From an uncultured delta proteobacterium (GTDB lineage Bacteria; Desulfobacterota; Syntrophia; Syntrophales; UBA2185), in assembly GCA_963695875.1 (NCBI GenBank), contig CAVOID010000014.1, forward strand, positions 1-64,000: a stretch of DNA of 64,000 nucleotides, written 5' to 3'. The notes below the pieces were generated by a model, which saw nothing but the letters and a program-made list of their open reading frames with translations, had not been told where the DNA came from and ran no database searches. This document shows positions 22,169-34,504 of the stretch, piece by piece (the stretch's first letter is position 1; each line of letters opens with the position of its first letter). The translations under genes and the position numbers were made by a program.

Positions 22169-23422
22169 ATGAAATCTTCAAGCAGGAAAACAGTGCCGCT
22201 CACGGATAAGATAAAGGTCAAGAATACCATCGTCGAGATAGATGGTGATGAAATGACTAGAATCATGTGGGAGATGGTCAAGGAGAAACTTCTCCTCCCC
22301 CATCTATCCATGGACATCGAATACTACGATCTTCATATCAAGAACCGTGATTACACCGATGACCAGGTCACAATCGATGCAGCCAGGGCCATTATGAGGC
22401 ATGGAGTGGGGGTCAAGTGTGCTACGATTACCCCGAATGAAGACCGTGTCAGAGAATACAATCTAAAGCAACTGTGGAAAAGTCCGAATGGGACGATCAG
22501 GGCTTTGCTTGACGGAACGGTATTCAGGAAACCGATTCTTGTAAAAAATATCCGCCCCTCCGTTTCCGCATGGAAGAGACCCATCACCATAGGACGACAT
22601 GCCTATGGCGATGTTTACGGCAATACAGAGATGCGTATAAACTCTCCCGGAAAAGCAGAGCTTGTATTCACACCCGCCGGAGGCGGCCAACCGGTCAAAC
22701 AGATCATCAAGGAATTCACGGAGCCGGGAATTATCCAGGGTATCCACAATACTGACAAATCCATAGAAAGCTTCGCAAAGGCCTGCTTCACATTTGCCCT
22801 CGATCAGAAAATCGATCTATGGTTCAGCGCCAAGGATACCATATCCAAGACCTATGACGCCCGGTTCAGGGATATATTTGAGGAGGAGTATGAGAAGAAC
22901 TGGAAGTTAAAATTTACCAAGTCAGGTCTCTCATATTTTTTTACCCTCATTGATGATGCCGTAGCCCGCATTATAAAGTCGGAAGGGGGTATCCTCTGGG
23001 CCCTCAAAAACTATGATGGCGACGTGATGTCCGACATGATAGCCTCGGCGTATGGAAGCCTTGCCATGATGACGTCTGTTCTGGTTTCACCTCGCGGGTA
23101 TTTCGAGTACGAAGCGGCCCATGGGACGGTGCAGAAACACTACTACAAGCATCTCAAAGGGGGTAGAACATCCACCAATCCTATGGCGATTATCTTCGCC
23201 TGGTCAGGATGCCTGCGCAAGCGTGGTGAACTCGATGCGACACCACAAGTTGTTTCATTTGCGGACAAACTTGAAGAATCAGCTATTTCAACAGTGAAAT
23301 CCGGGATCATGACAGGGGACCTGCTTCTTGTGGCAGACAAGAGCCCCAATAATAAGAAAGTTACTACGAAAGCATTCATCGATGCCGTTGCCGAAAACCT
23401 CCGAAAAAAATTATCCGGTTAA
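22169..23422 (+). CDS. icd: NADP-dependent isocitrate dehydrogenase (homodimeric, eukaryote-like ~410-aa type)
   Basis: Intact 417-aa ORF: [52 protein letters not shown]. Confidence 0.9.
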   Translation: MKSSSRKTVPLTDKIKVKNTIVEIDGDEMTRIMWEMVKEKLLLPHLSMDIEYYDLHIKNRDYTDDQVTIDAARAIMRHGVGVKCATITPNEDRVREYNLKQLWKSPNGTIRALLDGTVFRKPILVKNIRPSVSAWKRPITIGRHAYGDVYGNTEMRINSPGKAELVFTPAGGGQPVKQIIKEFTEPGIIQGIHNTDKSIESFAKACFTFALDQKIDLWFSAKDTISKTYDARFRDIFEEEYEKNWKLKFTKSGLSYFFTLIDDAVARIIKSEGGILWALKNYDGDVMSDMIASAYGSLAMMTSVLVSPRGYFEYEAAHGTVQKHYYKHLKGGRTSTNPMAIIFAWSGCLRKRGELDATPQVVSFADKLEESAISTVKSGIMTGDLLLVADKSPNNKKVTTKAFIDAVAENLRKKLSG

Positions 23423-23438
23423 ACCGAACCTGAAAGAC

Positions 23439-24455
23439 ATGTCTCTCGAGGAGGTCGAAGTCTTTATCTCAGGCTTTGGTAAGGAGAAATACCGGGCGCG
23501 TCAGCTCATGAAGTGGCTCTATCAGTTCAAATACCGGATCCTTTGAAGAAATGACGAACCTGTCAAAGGTCTTCCGGATCCAGATACAAGATCTGGCCAG
23601 AATCGTGGATCCAAAGATTGAAAGAATACAGATTTCGAAGGACGGCACGAAAAAGGTCCTCTTCAGACTGGAAGACGATCTTTTTATCGAAAGTGTTCTC
23701 ATCCCGGGGAAGAACCACTGGACGATTTGTGTCTCCACACAGGCCGGATGCCGGATGGGGTGCAAATTCTGCATGACCGGCAGAGCAGGGTTTCAAGAGG
23801 AATCTCCTGCCCTCTGAAATCACCGGACAGATAAGCGTGCTCCGGGCCAACATGCCGGAAGGAGATGATATCAAAAACATCGTGATGATGGGAATGGGAG
23901 AACCACTGGCCAACTATGAAAATACCCTGAAGGCGATCAGAATAATCACCTCTGATTTTGGATTCGGCTTTTCCAACAGAAAAATCACCGTATCCACCTG
24001 CGGGATAGCACCTATGATTAACCAACTGGGGAAAGATATCTGCGTCAATCTTGCCATTTCTTTAAATGCACCGGATGATAAAATAAGAAGCTATCTGATG
24101 CCAGTCAATAAAAAGTACCCCATAGAAATACTCCTTGATGCCTGCCGGAACTATCCCATGCCCGGACGAAGAATGCTCACATTCGAATACATCCTTATTG
24201 CAGGAATAAATGATTCTCCCGAGAGACGCGGAAAAGCTGGCACGTCTCCTTAAAGGGATCAGATGCAAGCTCAACCTTATCGCCTTTAATGAATTTCCCG
24301 GCTCCACCTTCAAGACGCCTACTCAAGATTCAATACGGACATTTCAGCAAGTTCTTCTCAACCACCACTACACATCAATAATCAGGGCAAGCAAAGGAAG
24401 TGACATCCTCGCTGCCTGCGGTCAATTGAGCGGCCGGGTAAACGAAAGGGGGTGA
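23439..24455 (+). CDS. rlmN: 23S rRNA (adenine2503-C2)/tRNA methyltransferase RlmN (radical SAM), several frameshifts
   Basis: MSLEEVEVFISGFGKEKYRARQLMKWLY; ICVSTQAGCRMGCKFCMTG (CxxxCxxC); MMGMGEPLANY; LNLIAFNEFPGS. Spread over ORFs 23328-23546, 23551-23817, 23837-24253, 24210-24455. Confidence 0.85.
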
Positions 24456-24556
24456 TAAAGAAACTGTTACAACTTTAAATAAGGAATGACTGAGCATTTG
24501 GCATCAAGTTGCGTTTATCTTACCAATCACCTGAGGATCAAAAGGAGGGATATTAT

Positions 24557-25885
24557 ATGCCTGAAGTCTTCAAAGATTATGTCAAAAACAAGTATAAAAA
24601 ACCGGCGCCTCTTAAAGGAATAAGGGTAATAGAGGTCTGCACGCTGCTCTTCGGACCTGCCGGCCCATCGTTTCTGGCTGAGATGGGGGCCGAAGTAATC
24701 AAGATCGAATTACCGCCTGTAGGAGATGTGACCCGCTCCCTGAATCCCTTCGGATGGTTTTACAAGGAACAGGGGCCCATGTTCATGCACATCAACCCAT
24801 CCAAATATTACATGGCACTGGACCTGCACATCGATGTGGCCCAGAATATATTCAAAGAGCTATGTGCGAAAGCGGACATCGTTGAGTTCAACCTCCGGCC
24901 TGCGGTAACAAATCGGTGGAACATCGGTTATGAAGATATCAAGAAAGTTAATCCCGGCATTATTTACATAGAAAAGAATGGCTTTGGCCAATGGGGACGT
25001 TATGCCGAAGAAGACAGGCCATCCAATGACGGTGCTGCCCAGGCCCTGTCGGGCTATGCATGGTTATCCAGTTTTTCGGGTCGGCCCCCGCTCAAGCAGG
25101 GCATCTGGATCTGTGACGTTTACGGAGCCATGATGGGGGAAATTGCAGTATTGGCGGCCCTCCATCACCGGAAGAGAACTGGGAAGGGGCAGTACATTGA
25201 AATGTCTCAGAGCGAAAACATCATGCGTGCCATGGGTTGGGTCTGGCCGTATCAGCAGATGACAGGCAAAGGGGCGGAGCCTTCAGGGAACAGAGATCAG
25301 TGCATCTGCCCTGCCGATACGTTCCTCTGTAAAGACGGTAACTTTGCAGCCCTCGCAGCGCCGGCGCCAGATGAATTCAAGGGACTCTGTACGGCCATGG
25401 GTAAGCCGGAACTGGCTGACGACCCCAGGTTCAAGGATCATACAACCCGCCTCCAAGATGAAAATGCCCTGGCCATTCTCAAGATCATCGCTGACTGGGC
25501 GGTAAAAAAAACAGCGGATCAGATAGATAACCTGGGAAAGAAGCACGGTTTTGCCGCTACCCGGCTTCACACCGCCAAGGATGAATGTGAAGATCCCCAC
25601 CGCAGGGCTCGCGGATTCATCAAAGAAATTGATGATCCCATGTACGGAAAGTATGTGGATCATGAATTTCCCGTAATGATGTCCAAAACCCCGCCAAAAC
25701 ATCGCTGGAGTGTCAGGCCGGTTGGCTTTGATAACGATTACATCATGACCAAGATTCTGGGCAGAAATCAGGCCCAACTCACTGAACTCTATTCATGTGG
25801 GGTCCTGGGAAGATGGAAGGACCAGCAGGGTCGCAGACCGCCCTCAGATTGGGACGGGCAATCCGGCGCAATATTAAGGAGGTGA
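24557..25885 (+). CDS. CoA-transferase family III (CaiB/BaiF family) subunit 1
   Basis: RBS AAGGAGGG then ATG 24557. GIRVIEVCTLLFGPAGPSFLAEMGAEVIKIE... is a typical family-III N-terminus; 443 aa. Confidence 0.8.
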   Translation: MPEVFKDYVKNKYKKPAPLKGIRVIEVCTLLFGPAGPSFLAEMGAEVIKIELPPVGDVTRSLNPFGWFYKEQGPMFMHINPSKYYMALDLHIDVAQNIFKELCAKADIVEFNLRPAVTNRWNIGYEDIKKVNPGIIYIEKNGFGQWGRYAEEDRPSNDGAAQALSGYAWLSSFSGRPPLKQGIWICDVYGAMMGEIAVLAALHHRKRTGKGQYIEMSQSENIMRAMGWVWPYQQMTGKGAEPSGNRDQCICPADTFLCKDGNFAALAAPAPDEFKGLCTAMGKPELADDPRFKDHTTRLQDENALAILKIIADWAVKKTADQIDNLGKKHGFAATRLHTAKDECEDPHRRARGFIKEIDDPMYGKYVDHEFPVMMSKTPPKHRWSVRPVGFDNDYIMTKILGRNQAQLTELYSCGVLGRWKDQQGRRPPSDWDGQSGAILRR

Positions 25886-25891
25886 TGAGCA

Positions 25892-27242
25892 ATGGCAGAT
25901 TATAAGAGAGCAAAATGGGCAGATTGGGCGGACCGCGTCAGGTCAATGGATGATCCGGCAAAGACCTTCGAGAAACCTGAGGCCCTGGATGACTTGGTGG
26001 TGCTTGATATAAGTTCGCGGAGCATGGCAGGGTGTTACTGTTCATCCCTGCTGGCGGAACTGGGCGCCGAAACAATCCGCATCGAGCCGCCGGGAGGCGA
26101 TCTCGTCAGAACCTATTCTCCAAACGGGATTATGGTGAAGGATACGGGTCTTGCATATCTCCAGGAGGGGCGAAACAAGTACCATGTTACACTGAACCTG
26201 GAAACGAAAGAAGGAAGAGACATTCTGACATCTCTCGTCGGCCAGGCGGACATACTGATTGAAACTTATCCTGCCGGAACTATGGATAAGTGGGGAATCG
26301 GCTATGAGGAACTCTCCGAGATCAATCCCCGACTTATCTTCGCATCAATTTCACCCTTCGGCCAGTTCGGCCCGGAAAGTGGAAGAAAACAGTATGATTA
26401 TGACAACGTCTCCCAGGCGCGCTCCAGCATACAGTATGCGACGGGAGAGGTTTTGCCGGAAGGGAAAACCGTGGAGGATATGCCTTACGCTGTTCCGACA
26501 AAGGCCGGGCCATGGATCGCATGGTCTGTCTCCGGTACTTTTGCCGCTATGGGCATACTGGCGGCTCTGTATTATCGAGACCTGACCGGCGAAGGCCAGG
26601 CCATCGACGTTTCTACACCGGAGGCCTATGGTCGCCTGAACGATTACCAGCTCATGTGGTACGGACAGGCTGGGGTTATCAACGAACGCTTCGGTAGTCT
26701 TGACACGGCTTTATGGCTGTATGGTTTTTATCCGACGAAGGATGGCGGCGTCTTCCTCGGCGGCTTGCGTTTGGAAATGTGGAAGGCCTTCGTGGATATG
26801 ATGGGAAAGTACGATGAATGGAAGGCGGAGGAGTGGACCACCCTGGCGCCTTTCATGAAAAAAGACTGGCAGCTCAAATATCAGTCCATGATCAATCCAT
26901 TAACATCACAGTACACGAGTGAGGAACTCACAAAAAAATCGGTCGAATACGCGAAAAGCGGCCGGCTTGGCGCCTATAACCCCGGTTGTGGCGGAGATCG
27001 TGTCGCCATGGAAAGCAATGCACGATGAAAACTGGCTGGATCGGGGAATGTTCGTACCTGTTCAGGATCCTGTTTACGGCTCGGTGCTTTGTGCCCAGGC
27101 ACAGTGGAAGGCTACGGAGACGCCACCCCGCACCAAATGGGTATGCCGACCAGTCGGTTATGACAATGGATTTGTCTACCTGAAATATCTCGGATATGGT
27201 CCTGTAAAACTGAAAGAAATGGAAAGCAAAGGCATTATCTAA
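25892..27242 (+). CDS. CoA-transferase family III subunit 2 (one frameshift near 26980)
   Basis: LVVLDISSRSMAGCYCSSLLAELGAETIRIEPPGGD... Continues in ORF 26919-27242. Adjacent to a paralogue, suggesting a heteromeric enzyme (BbsEF-like arrangement). Confidence 0.75.
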
Positions 27243-27244
27243 GG

Positions 27245-28897
27245 ATGACACATCCCAAATTGGTGGAAGCTATGTTCCGGCCGGAATTTTATCCCCACCG
27301 GCCGGAACAAGTTGAGTTAATTCAGACGCACATATCATATATCTTTATTGCCGGAACATATGTGTACAAGGTCAAGAAGGCTGTCGATTTTGGATTTCTC
27401 GATTTTACCACCCTCGATAAGAGGAAATATTACTGCAATGAAGAACTAATACTGAACAGGAGACTTGCCCCGAAGGTATACCTTGAGGTCGTTGAAATCG
27501 GCGAGGATGCAGGCGGAAACATCGTCCTCGGAATGAAAGACCGGATAGTCGAATATGCCGTCAAGATGCTCAAAATCCCCCAGGAGGGGATGTTGAAAAC
27601 CCTGCTTCACCAGGGGAAGGTTGATCACTCTATCATGGACGCACTTGCCCGTAAGCTGGTTGATTTCCATAGCCACGCGGCCACAGGCGGCCACATCGAT
27701 GAAATCGGAGGTCTGGAAACAATTCGGCGGAACCATGATGAAAATTTCGAACAGACAAAAAATTATGTCGATATTACCATTCCTGAAGTCCAATATCGTT
27801 TCATTAAAGCGTATATATACAATTTCATAGACAGCCATCATGCTTTGTTCGCGAAAAGGGTCGCTGAGCACAGGATCAGAGACGGTCATGGAGATCTGCA
27901 CTTAGAACACATCTGCATCATGGATCCCGGCTCCCCGGATAAAGCCCTGGACAGAGCAATGGATCGGTTTCGCAAGGATTACGATCCCGACGATATTGTC
28001 ATCTTCGATTGCATCGAATTCAACGAGAGATTCCGGTATGATGACGTCGCTGCCGAAGTGGCCTTCTTAGCTATGGACCTGGATTTCAACGGCTACCCCG
28101 ATCACAGTGAAACTTTTGTAAATGCCTATATCAAGCACTCAGGCGACCATGAAATCAGGAACCTCCTCAATTTCTATAAATGCTACTACGCTTATGTACG
28201 GGGCAAGGTCGTAGGTTTCGAGATAAACGACAATTCCATTCGGCAGGAAGAGCGCAATGAGGCGGCAAAGGCGGCAGCCGGATATTTCAATCTGGCCTAC
28301 ACCTATGCAGCCAGACTGGAAAAACCAACATTGATCCTGATGTCCGGGCTTATGGGGACAGGTAAAAGCGTCCGGGCCAAACATATCGCACCCCGTGTTG
28401 GCGCTGAAATTATTCAAACTGATGTGGTGCGCAAGGAAATCCTTAATATCGAACCAACTGAAAAACACTATGAAGCTTTCGGCAGAGGGATATATTCTGA
28501 AGAGGTAACCCGGAAGACCTATGGCAGAGCCCTCGAACTGGCATCGCAAAAACTGAAAGAAGGCAGGTCTGTCATAATAGATGCTTCATACAAGAGCAGG
28601 GATGATCGCCGAAAGGCATTTGAGGCCGCAGAAAGACTTCATGCCGACTTTTTTATCATCGAGTGCACATGCCCGGAAAACATCATTAAAGAACGCCTGA
28701 TTTCAAGGATGTCCGACAAGGGGGAGGTTTCCGATGGGCGATGGGAAATCTATCTGGCGCAGAAAGAAGCATTTGATGCAATTACTGAAATCCCGGATAG
28801 TTTACACATTATTCTCGATACTTCTTCAACGCCGGAGGAATCAACATATAAAGCCCTTCAGAAAATGAGGAATTTTGACGGAGCTGTCACGGAATGA
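27245..28897 (+). CDS. two-domain protein: aminoglycoside-phosphotransferase-like (APH/protein-kinase-like fold) N-domain + P-loop kinase (AAA_33-like) C-domain
   Basis: HGDLHLEHICIMD (kinase-like catalytic motif) in the N-half; LMSGLMGTGKS Walker A in the C-half. Intact 550 aa. Confidence 0.6.
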   Translation: MTHPKLVEAMFRPEFYPHRPEQVELIQTHISYIFIAGTYVYKVKKAVDFGFLDFTTLDKRKYYCNEELILNRRLAPKVYLEVVEIGEDAGGNIVLGMKDRIVEYAVKMLKIPQEGMLKTLLHQGKVDHSIMDALARKLVDFHSHAATGGHIDEIGGLETIRRNHDENFEQTKNYVDITIPEVQYRFIKAYIYNFIDSHHALFAKRVAEHRIRDGHGDLHLEHICIMDPGSPDKALDRAMDRFRKDYDPDDIVIFDCIEFNERFRYDDVAAEVAFLAMDLDFNGYPDHSETFVNAYIKHSGDHEIRNLLNFYKCYYAYVRGKVVGFEINDNSIRQEERNEAAKAAAGYFNLAYTYAARLEKPTLILMSGLMGTGKSVRAKHIAPRVGAEIIQTDVVRKEILNIEPTEKHYEAFGRGIYSEEVTRKTYGRALELASQKLKEGRSVIIDASYKSRDDRRKAFEAAERLHADFFIIECTCPENIIKERLISRMSDKGEVSDGRWEIYLAQKEAFDAITEIPDSLHIILDTSSTPEESTYKALQKMRNFDGAVTE

Positions 28898-29041
28898 CTA
28901 TTACGTCAAGGCGACCAGATCTCGGTTTGATTCGGCTTATCTGATTGAGCAAAACATTAGTAATAGCAGCGTTATTTCGAGGATTTTGTGATTGATGATC
29001 GGGCAAAGATGACCTGAAGATGAGATGCATAAATGTAACGG

Positions 29042-32000
29042 CTATTTCGTGACATCTCCTATATTATCTAACACAGCCCTGACTTTTTGAGATAATGTTA
29101 AAATGCTGAAGGGCTTTTGGATGAAGGCGTGACAACCCCTTTCCATGATTTTGATCGCCTGACCGTTTAAACTGTATCCACTGGAGAGGATCACCTTAAC
29201 ATCGTGATTAATTTCCCTCAGACGGTCAAAAGTGTCTCCACCTCCCATCTGCGGCATAATCATGTCCAAAATGATGACGTCGATCTTGTCTCTATCGGCC
29301 TTATAGCTCTCAATGGCTTCATGGCCGCTCTTCGCGCTGATCACACTATAGCCGAGGCTTTCCAGAATATCCCTTGTAACCGCGATTATCACGTCTTCGT
29401 CATCTATGAGAAGGATGGTTTCATGCCCCGTTAACAGCTTTTCAGGGATCTTAATCTCACGTCTCACCTCTTTCTCCGAAGCGGGAAGATAAATGGTGAA
29501 GGTCGTCCCCTCCCCTTTTTCACTGTAAACATTGATATATCCTTTGTGACCCTTGATGATGCCATAAACCATGGCCAGGCCGAGGCCGGTGCCTCTGCCC
29601 ATTTCTTTTGTGGTAAAGAAGGGTTCAAATATCCTCTGCCGCGTTTTCTCATCCATACCGGAACCTGTGTCTGTTATGGATATTTTCACATATTTCCCTG
29701 ATTCGACGGAGAAGAATTTTGCATAGCTCTCATCCAAAATTACATTTTCCGTCTCCAGGTAGATCTCTCCCCCACCCGGCATGGCCTGCCAGGCATTGAC
29801 ATAAAGGTTTAAAAGTACCTGTTCGAACTGACCCCCGTCAACTTCTACAGGCCAGATATCTTCCTGGTACTTCTGGTGGATCATGATTTCTTTCTTAGTC
29901 CTTCCAAACATGGTGGAAGTATTCTTGACGATTTCATTTAAGTTTGTCGGCTTGATTTCGTAGCGGCCTCCGCGGGCAAATCCCAGAAGTTGCGCCGTCA
30001 GGTCCGCGCCGCTTCTTACCTGCTCCTCTATGCTTTTAAGCCTGCTGTAATTGGAATGATCTTCGTCGGTCGTTAAAAGCATCAGCGAAGCATATCCCTG
30101 AATTCCCATGAGGAGGTTGTTAAAATCATGGGCAATGCCCCCTGCAAGTGTTCCGATCGCTTCCATCTTTTGAGCCTGGAAAAGACCTATCTCCAGCCTT
30201 TCTTTTTCTTCCTCGGCCAGCTTGCGTTCGGTAATGTCTGTATGAACTGAAATCCAGACTTCTCCATAATCAAGATGTTTGAATGAGGAAACGTTTGCAT
30301 AACACCAGAAAGGTGTACCGTCCTTCTTTCTACTATTAACTTCTCCGCTCCAGATATCTGTTTTTTTCAAGAAACGCTCAATGTCCTGTGCTACTTCCTC
30401 AGGCCTTTTCTGTCCCGGTGCATTGACCACTGAGATGTGTTTCCCTGCCAGTTCTCCATGGCCATAGCCGAACATCTCTTCAAATTTCGGGTTTGTATAG
30501 ACGATTGTTTTGTCACTAACTCTCGTGAGAACAACCCCTTCATTCATGTTCGCCATGATCTCGCTCTGCAGACGCAGCGCTTCCTCAGCCAGCTTTCGCT
30601 CAGTGATATCGACTACAAACGGCAAAGTATAAAGAAGACGGCCCGTCATGTCTTTGATTGCCCGCACCGACAATCGTCCCCAGATGACAGCGTCGTCCTT
30701 GCGAATATACCTTTTATCGGTTGCATACTCGTCGATCTCTCCGGCAGCCAGACGTTTCACCTGCTCTATATCAGCAGCCAAGTGGGCGGGGTGTGTGATG
30801 TCTGTGAATGTAAGCGATGTTAATTCCTTCTCCGTGTATCCCATCATACGACATAGGGCTTCATTAACAAGGGCAAAACGATTATCCGGTGTAACAATCG
30901 CCGCTCCAATGGGTGACTGATCGAAAATACGCCGGAAATTAGCTTCACTATCCCTTAGCTTTTCTTCCATCCGCCTGTTTTCGGTAATGTCCCGGTTTGT
31001 GCCCCGATAACCGACAACTGCACCTTCAGCATTAAGTAACGGGACACCCGTTGATTCTACATAGACCTGGTGTCCATCCCGATGAACCCTCCTATTAACG
31101 ATGCGGAAAAATGTCTCCTTTCCGTCAAAGAATCCTTTGAATGTATGCTGGAGCTTCTCTTTCTCTTCCGGAACATAGAAATCCGTGTAGTGTTTGCCGA
31201 TTATCTCTTCCGGCTCGTAGCCCAGGATATTTTTTATGGCCCCGCTCGAATAGGTGTACAAACCCTCCCTGTCTGTCTCCCATATCCAATCCTGGGAACT
31301 CTGCGCCACCTGCTGAAACCGCTCTTCACTCCTGCGAACGACCTCAGCAGACCTTACGGCCTGATAAGTAACGGCCAAAGGTATCGTGACTAGCAGGCAT
31401 ACGACTAACGTTAATACCGCGCCGACTGATTTATATATCGTGATTCTGTCTGTCGGGGCCATGAAAACAATCGACCATCCCTCGGTATCAATAACCTTGC
31501 GTGAAACAAGATATTTATGTCCAAGTAAGGTTACTTCTGTTCCATCGATAACCTCATGCGACATGACTGCATCAAACGGCTTTTCACCAAACTGTTTGGA
31601 AGCCAGTAACTCCGCTTCCAGTTCCCTTTGGACCGGCCACAGGCTCTTCAAGAGCATATCCTGACTGCTGGAGAGGAAAATAATTCCATGTTGATTGACG
31701 AAAAAGCAGTAAGTGTAATTCCTCAGATAATGTTCTATACTATCAAGATCCTTCTTCATTGCGGCAACACCAATGATATTACCGTCATGATCCCTGATAG
31801 GAAAGCTCGCGTAAAAACCCCTTTTCAGGGAGGTAACACCGAGGGCAAAGTAACGACCGAGTTTGCCGTCCATTGCCTGTGTGAAATACGGGCGAAACTG
31901 GTAGGATTTGCCTATGAAGCTGTCCGGATCGCTGCGGTTGGAAGAGGCAACGGTGAGACCATTGACATCCATAATATAACTGACAGATACATTTAATGCC

Positions 32001-32311
32001 GAATTATATCTGTCTAAAGCTTCGTTCGCACGAACAATATCCTCATGCCCGCGGGAACTCAGCACTGCATTGATCTGGGAGGAACCTGCCAGGGCTTTAA
32101 CTGCCCCTTCAATCTTTCTGAGTTCTCCGGTCAGATGGGTTGTCAGGAGTAATGATGTCGCTTGATTATCTTCAACTATCTCATGTCTGGCCCTGGCACC
32201 CAAATAATCGGTTACAAACCATCCGGCGCCAACAACAAGAGTCAGGAGGATCAGGTGGACTATCATCCACTGATAACGCGAAAACTCTATTTTATTAGAC
32301 ATAAAACGCAT
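29042..32311 (-). CDS. hybrid sensor histidine kinase: dCache periplasmic sensor, TM, multiple PAS, HisKA, HATPase_c, C-terminal receiver
   Basis: Intact 1089-aa ORF. H-box [18 protein letters not shown]; G-boxes GTGLGLAMV; receiver [10 protein letters not shown]...[14 protein letters not shown]. Confidence 0.9.
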   Translation of the reverse strand: MRFMSNKIEFSRYQWMIVHLILLTLVVGAGWFVTDYLGARARHEIVEDNQATSLLLTTHLTGELRKIEGAVKALAGSSQINAVLSSRGHEDIVRANEALDRYNSALNVSVSYIMDVNGLTVASSNRSDPDSFIGKSYQFRPYFTQAMDGKLGRYFALGVTSLKRGFYASFPIRDHDGNIIGVAAMKKDLDSIEHYLRNYTYCFFVNQHGIIFLSSSQDMLLKSLWPVQRELEAELLASKQFGEKPFDAVMSHEVIDGTEVTLLGHKYLVSRKVIDTEGWSIVFMAPTDRITIYKSVGAVLTLVVCLLVTIPLAVTYQAVRSAEVVRRSEERFQQVAQSSQDWIWETDREGLYTYSSGAIKNILGYEPEEIIGKHYTDFYVPEEKEKLQHTFKGFFDGKETFFRIVNRRVHRDGHQVYVESTGVPLLNAEGAVVGYRGTNRDITENRRMEEKLRDSEANFRRIFDQSPIGAAIVTPDNRFALVNEALCRMMGYTEKELTSLTFTDITHPAHLAADIEQVKRLAAGEIDEYATDKRYIRKDDAVIWGRLSVRAIKDMTGRLLYTLPFVVDITERKLAEEALRLQSEIMANMNEGVVLTRVSDKTIVYTNPKFEEMFGYGHGELAGKHISVVNAPGQKRPEEVAQDIERFLKKTDIWSGEVNSRKKDGTPFWCYANVSSFKHLDYGEVWISVHTDITERKLAEEEKERLEIGLFQAQKMEAIGTLAGGIAHDFNNLLMGIQGYASLMLLTTDEDHSNYSRLKSIEEQVRSGADLTAQLLGFARGGRYEIKPTNLNEIVKNTSTMFGRTKKEIMIHQKYQEDIWPVEVDGGQFEQVLLNLYVNAWQAMPGGGEIYLETENVILDESYAKFFSVESGKYVKISITDTGSGMDEKTRQRIFEPFFTTKEMGRGTGLGLAMVYGIIKGHKGYINVYSEKGEGTTFTIYLPASEKEVRREIKIPEKLLTGHETILLIDDEDVIIAVTRDILESLGYSVISAKSGHEAIESYKADRDKIDVIILDMIMPQMGGGDTFDRLREINHDVKVILSSGYSLNGQAIKIMERGCHAFIQKPFSILTLSQKVRAVLDNIGDVTK

Positions 32312-32453
32312 TATTTTTTTAACTATTACTGCGACTTATAATCCGCATGATTACACACTGACATTAACATTTAAGATTCCCAAGTCTTGAGTTTCGATAA
32401 ATATTATTTCGCACGATTTTTTGCTTTTTGTGGAGATATAAAAACTGAGGATT

Positions 32454-33170
32454 TTATTTTGCAGCTTTTGATTTTGTTTTTGCTTCCTCCCCGGCAAGTC
32501 GTCTCCTGGTCTCATCTATGAAGTAATTCGCCTTGTAATCCAGCCCGAGGTTTGCATAATCCCGCGTGATTGTTTCAAATCTCTTCAGAGCAGCCTTATA
32601 CTGCCCTTTTTTGAAATAAAAATTCCCAACGTAGAACTCATGTTCCCCAAGATTTTTTTTACATTCCCTTAGCATCTTCTCCGCCATGAAGGAAAACTTA
32701 CTGTTTGGAAAACGGGCCATAAGTTTTTCAAATTCTTTTCTGGCTCTAATTGTCTCGGTCTGGTCCCTGTCTATGCTATACATCTGATTATAATGACACA
32801 TACCAAGCTGATACATGGCATAAGGAATATTCTCATTCGTTGGATGAAGGCTTATAAAGTCATTATAGGCCATCTCGGCTTCACCATAATTTTCATCGCT
32901 GAAATTGGAATCGGCAATCCCCAGTTCAGCAAGAAGCGCAAGTTTGCTCAGAGGGTACTCATCCCTCAGCCTTTGAAAATGCTCGATTGCCTTTTTGTAA
33001 AAGCCGTACTGGTATGCCTCATATCCTCTTTGATAAAGTGCCTCCGGAGTGCCTTTCACCCTGTCGCTGCGTTCCCACATGTGTTTCCACCAGCCACATC
33101 CGGACAGGGAAAAAATGGCAATCAGGATAAAAATTAAAACCTTTCTGTTTCCACACATTCTATCAGTCAT
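32454..33170 (-). CDS. bamD: TPR lipoprotein, probably outer-membrane assembly factor BamD
   Basis: Lipobox LSGC, TPR repeats, ~240 aa, typical BamD length and organisation. Confidence 0.7.
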   Translation of the reverse strand: MTDRMCGNRKVLIFILIAIFSLSGCGWWKHMWERSDRVKGTPEALYQRGYEAYQYGFYKKAIEHFQRLRDEYPLSKLALLAELGIADSNFSDENYGEAEMAYNDFISLHPTNENIPYAMYQLGMCHYNQMYSIDRDQTETIRARKEFEKLMARFPNSKFSFMAEKMLRECKKNLGEHEFYVGNFYFKKGQYKAALKRFETITRDYANLGLDYKANYFIDETRRRLAGEEAKTKSKAAK

Positions 33171-33173
33171 TTA

Positions 33174-33506
33174 CTACAAACCCTTTTTCATCAGTTCTTC
33201 AAGACGATTTTTGGGCGCAAGGCCCAGGATCTTATCCATAGCATTACCATTCTTGAACAGGATGAGGGTTGGTATGCTCATCACACCATAGGTCGCCGCG
33301 GTTTTGGGATTATCATCAATATTTAGTTTTGCGACCTTTACACGGTCTTTGTATGTTCCTGCCAAGTCTTCCACAATCGGCCCGATCGCCCTGCACGGAC
33401 CACACCACGGCGCCCAAAAATCGACGAGAACAGGTTTCTCCGATTTGATAACCTCCTGCTCAAAATTGCTGTCAGTCAAGTTAACCAAGGATTCCTCTTT
33501 AGTCAT
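33174..33506 (-). CDS. trxA: thioredoxin
   Basis: WAPWCGPC active site. Start MTKEES at 33506 (the track ORF extends further upstream to 33566). Confidence 0.9.
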   Translation of the reverse strand: MTKEESLVNLTDSNFEQEVIKSEKPVLVDFWAPWCGPCRAIGPIVEDLAGTYKDRVKVAKLNIDDNPKTAATYGVMSIPTLILFKNGNAMDKILGLAPKNRLEELMKKGL

Positions 33507-33790
33507 GTCATATTCCTCCCTACTAACATTTCTTGTACTATTGCATACTGCAACAAATGATGTCAAAGTAATTTATTATCCTGTATTTTGACAGACACAT
33601 ACAAATCTGGTATAAGGAGATTTATTGATAACACTCATGCAAAAAATTTCAAAACCGCAGATTAGCAAGCGGCGAAGTAAAATGTCCCTGAGGCAAGGCG
33701 CTCGGAACAGGCTCCGGATGAAGCATAACGCAGCATATGGGCTTTTGATGATGCCGTCAGCAAATTACAGGAGTCTCGCAGGATAATTAA

Positions 33791-34504
33791 ATGGAACCTC
33801 TGGGCATCATATCCGGTATCATTCTGCTCCAGGGAAAAGGGATTTTCCAAAATCTGGAAGAGAAGGAAATTGCAACAGACTTTGGTAAGGTTCTTGTTTT
33901 CCATTCAGACACAATTGCATTCATACCAAGGCATGGCAAAAACCCCAAGTATCACATTCTTCCTCACCTGATTAATCATCAGGCCAATATGAAGGCATTG
34001 AAGGATATCGGCGTCAAAGAGGTAATCAGCGTCAATTCCACAGGCTCTCTTAAGAAGAAATTAAAACCGGGAATGATTGTTGTCCCGGATGACTTCATCA
34101 TGTTTCCCGGAACGCCAACCACACTCCATGGAAAAGCCATTCACTTCACACCAAAACTAAGTTTTGAAGTACGGCAGAAATGGATCGAGGCGGCACATGA
34201 CTGTGCAATAAAGGTTGTAGATGGCGGGGTGTACTGGCAAACTATCGGCCCCCGGCTTGAAACTAAGTCTGAAATCAAGATGATGTCCCGGTTTGCCGAT
34301 CTCGTCGGGATGACGATGGCAAGTGAGGCGATTATTGCTCAGGAATTGGGTCTGTCATATGCCACACTATGTTCTGTGGATAACTACGGGCACGGTCTCG
34401 GAGAAAAGGAATTGACCATAGATGAAATACTGCAGCATGCCCGCAGAAATACTGACGTCATATTAAAAATTGTTGCGAGGTACATCGAAAGGAGAAGAGG
34501 ATGA
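33791..34504 (+). CDS. S-methyl-5'-thioadenosine / purine nucleoside phosphorylase family (PNP_UDP_1)
   Basis: FIPRHGKNPKYHILPHLINHQANMKALKDIGVKEVISVNSTGSL matches the MTAP pattern. Confidence 0.75.
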   Translation: MEPLGIISGIILLQGKGIFQNLEEKEIATDFGKVLVFHSDTIAFIPRHGKNPKYHILPHLINHQANMKALKDIGVKEVISVNSTGSLKKKLKPGMIVVPDDFIMFPGTPTTLHGKAIHFTPKLSFEVRQKWIEAAHDCAIKVVDGGVYWQTIGPRLETKSEIKMMSRFADLVGMTMASEAIIAQELGLSYATLCSVDNYGHGLGEKELTIDEILQHARRNTDVILKIVARYIERRRG

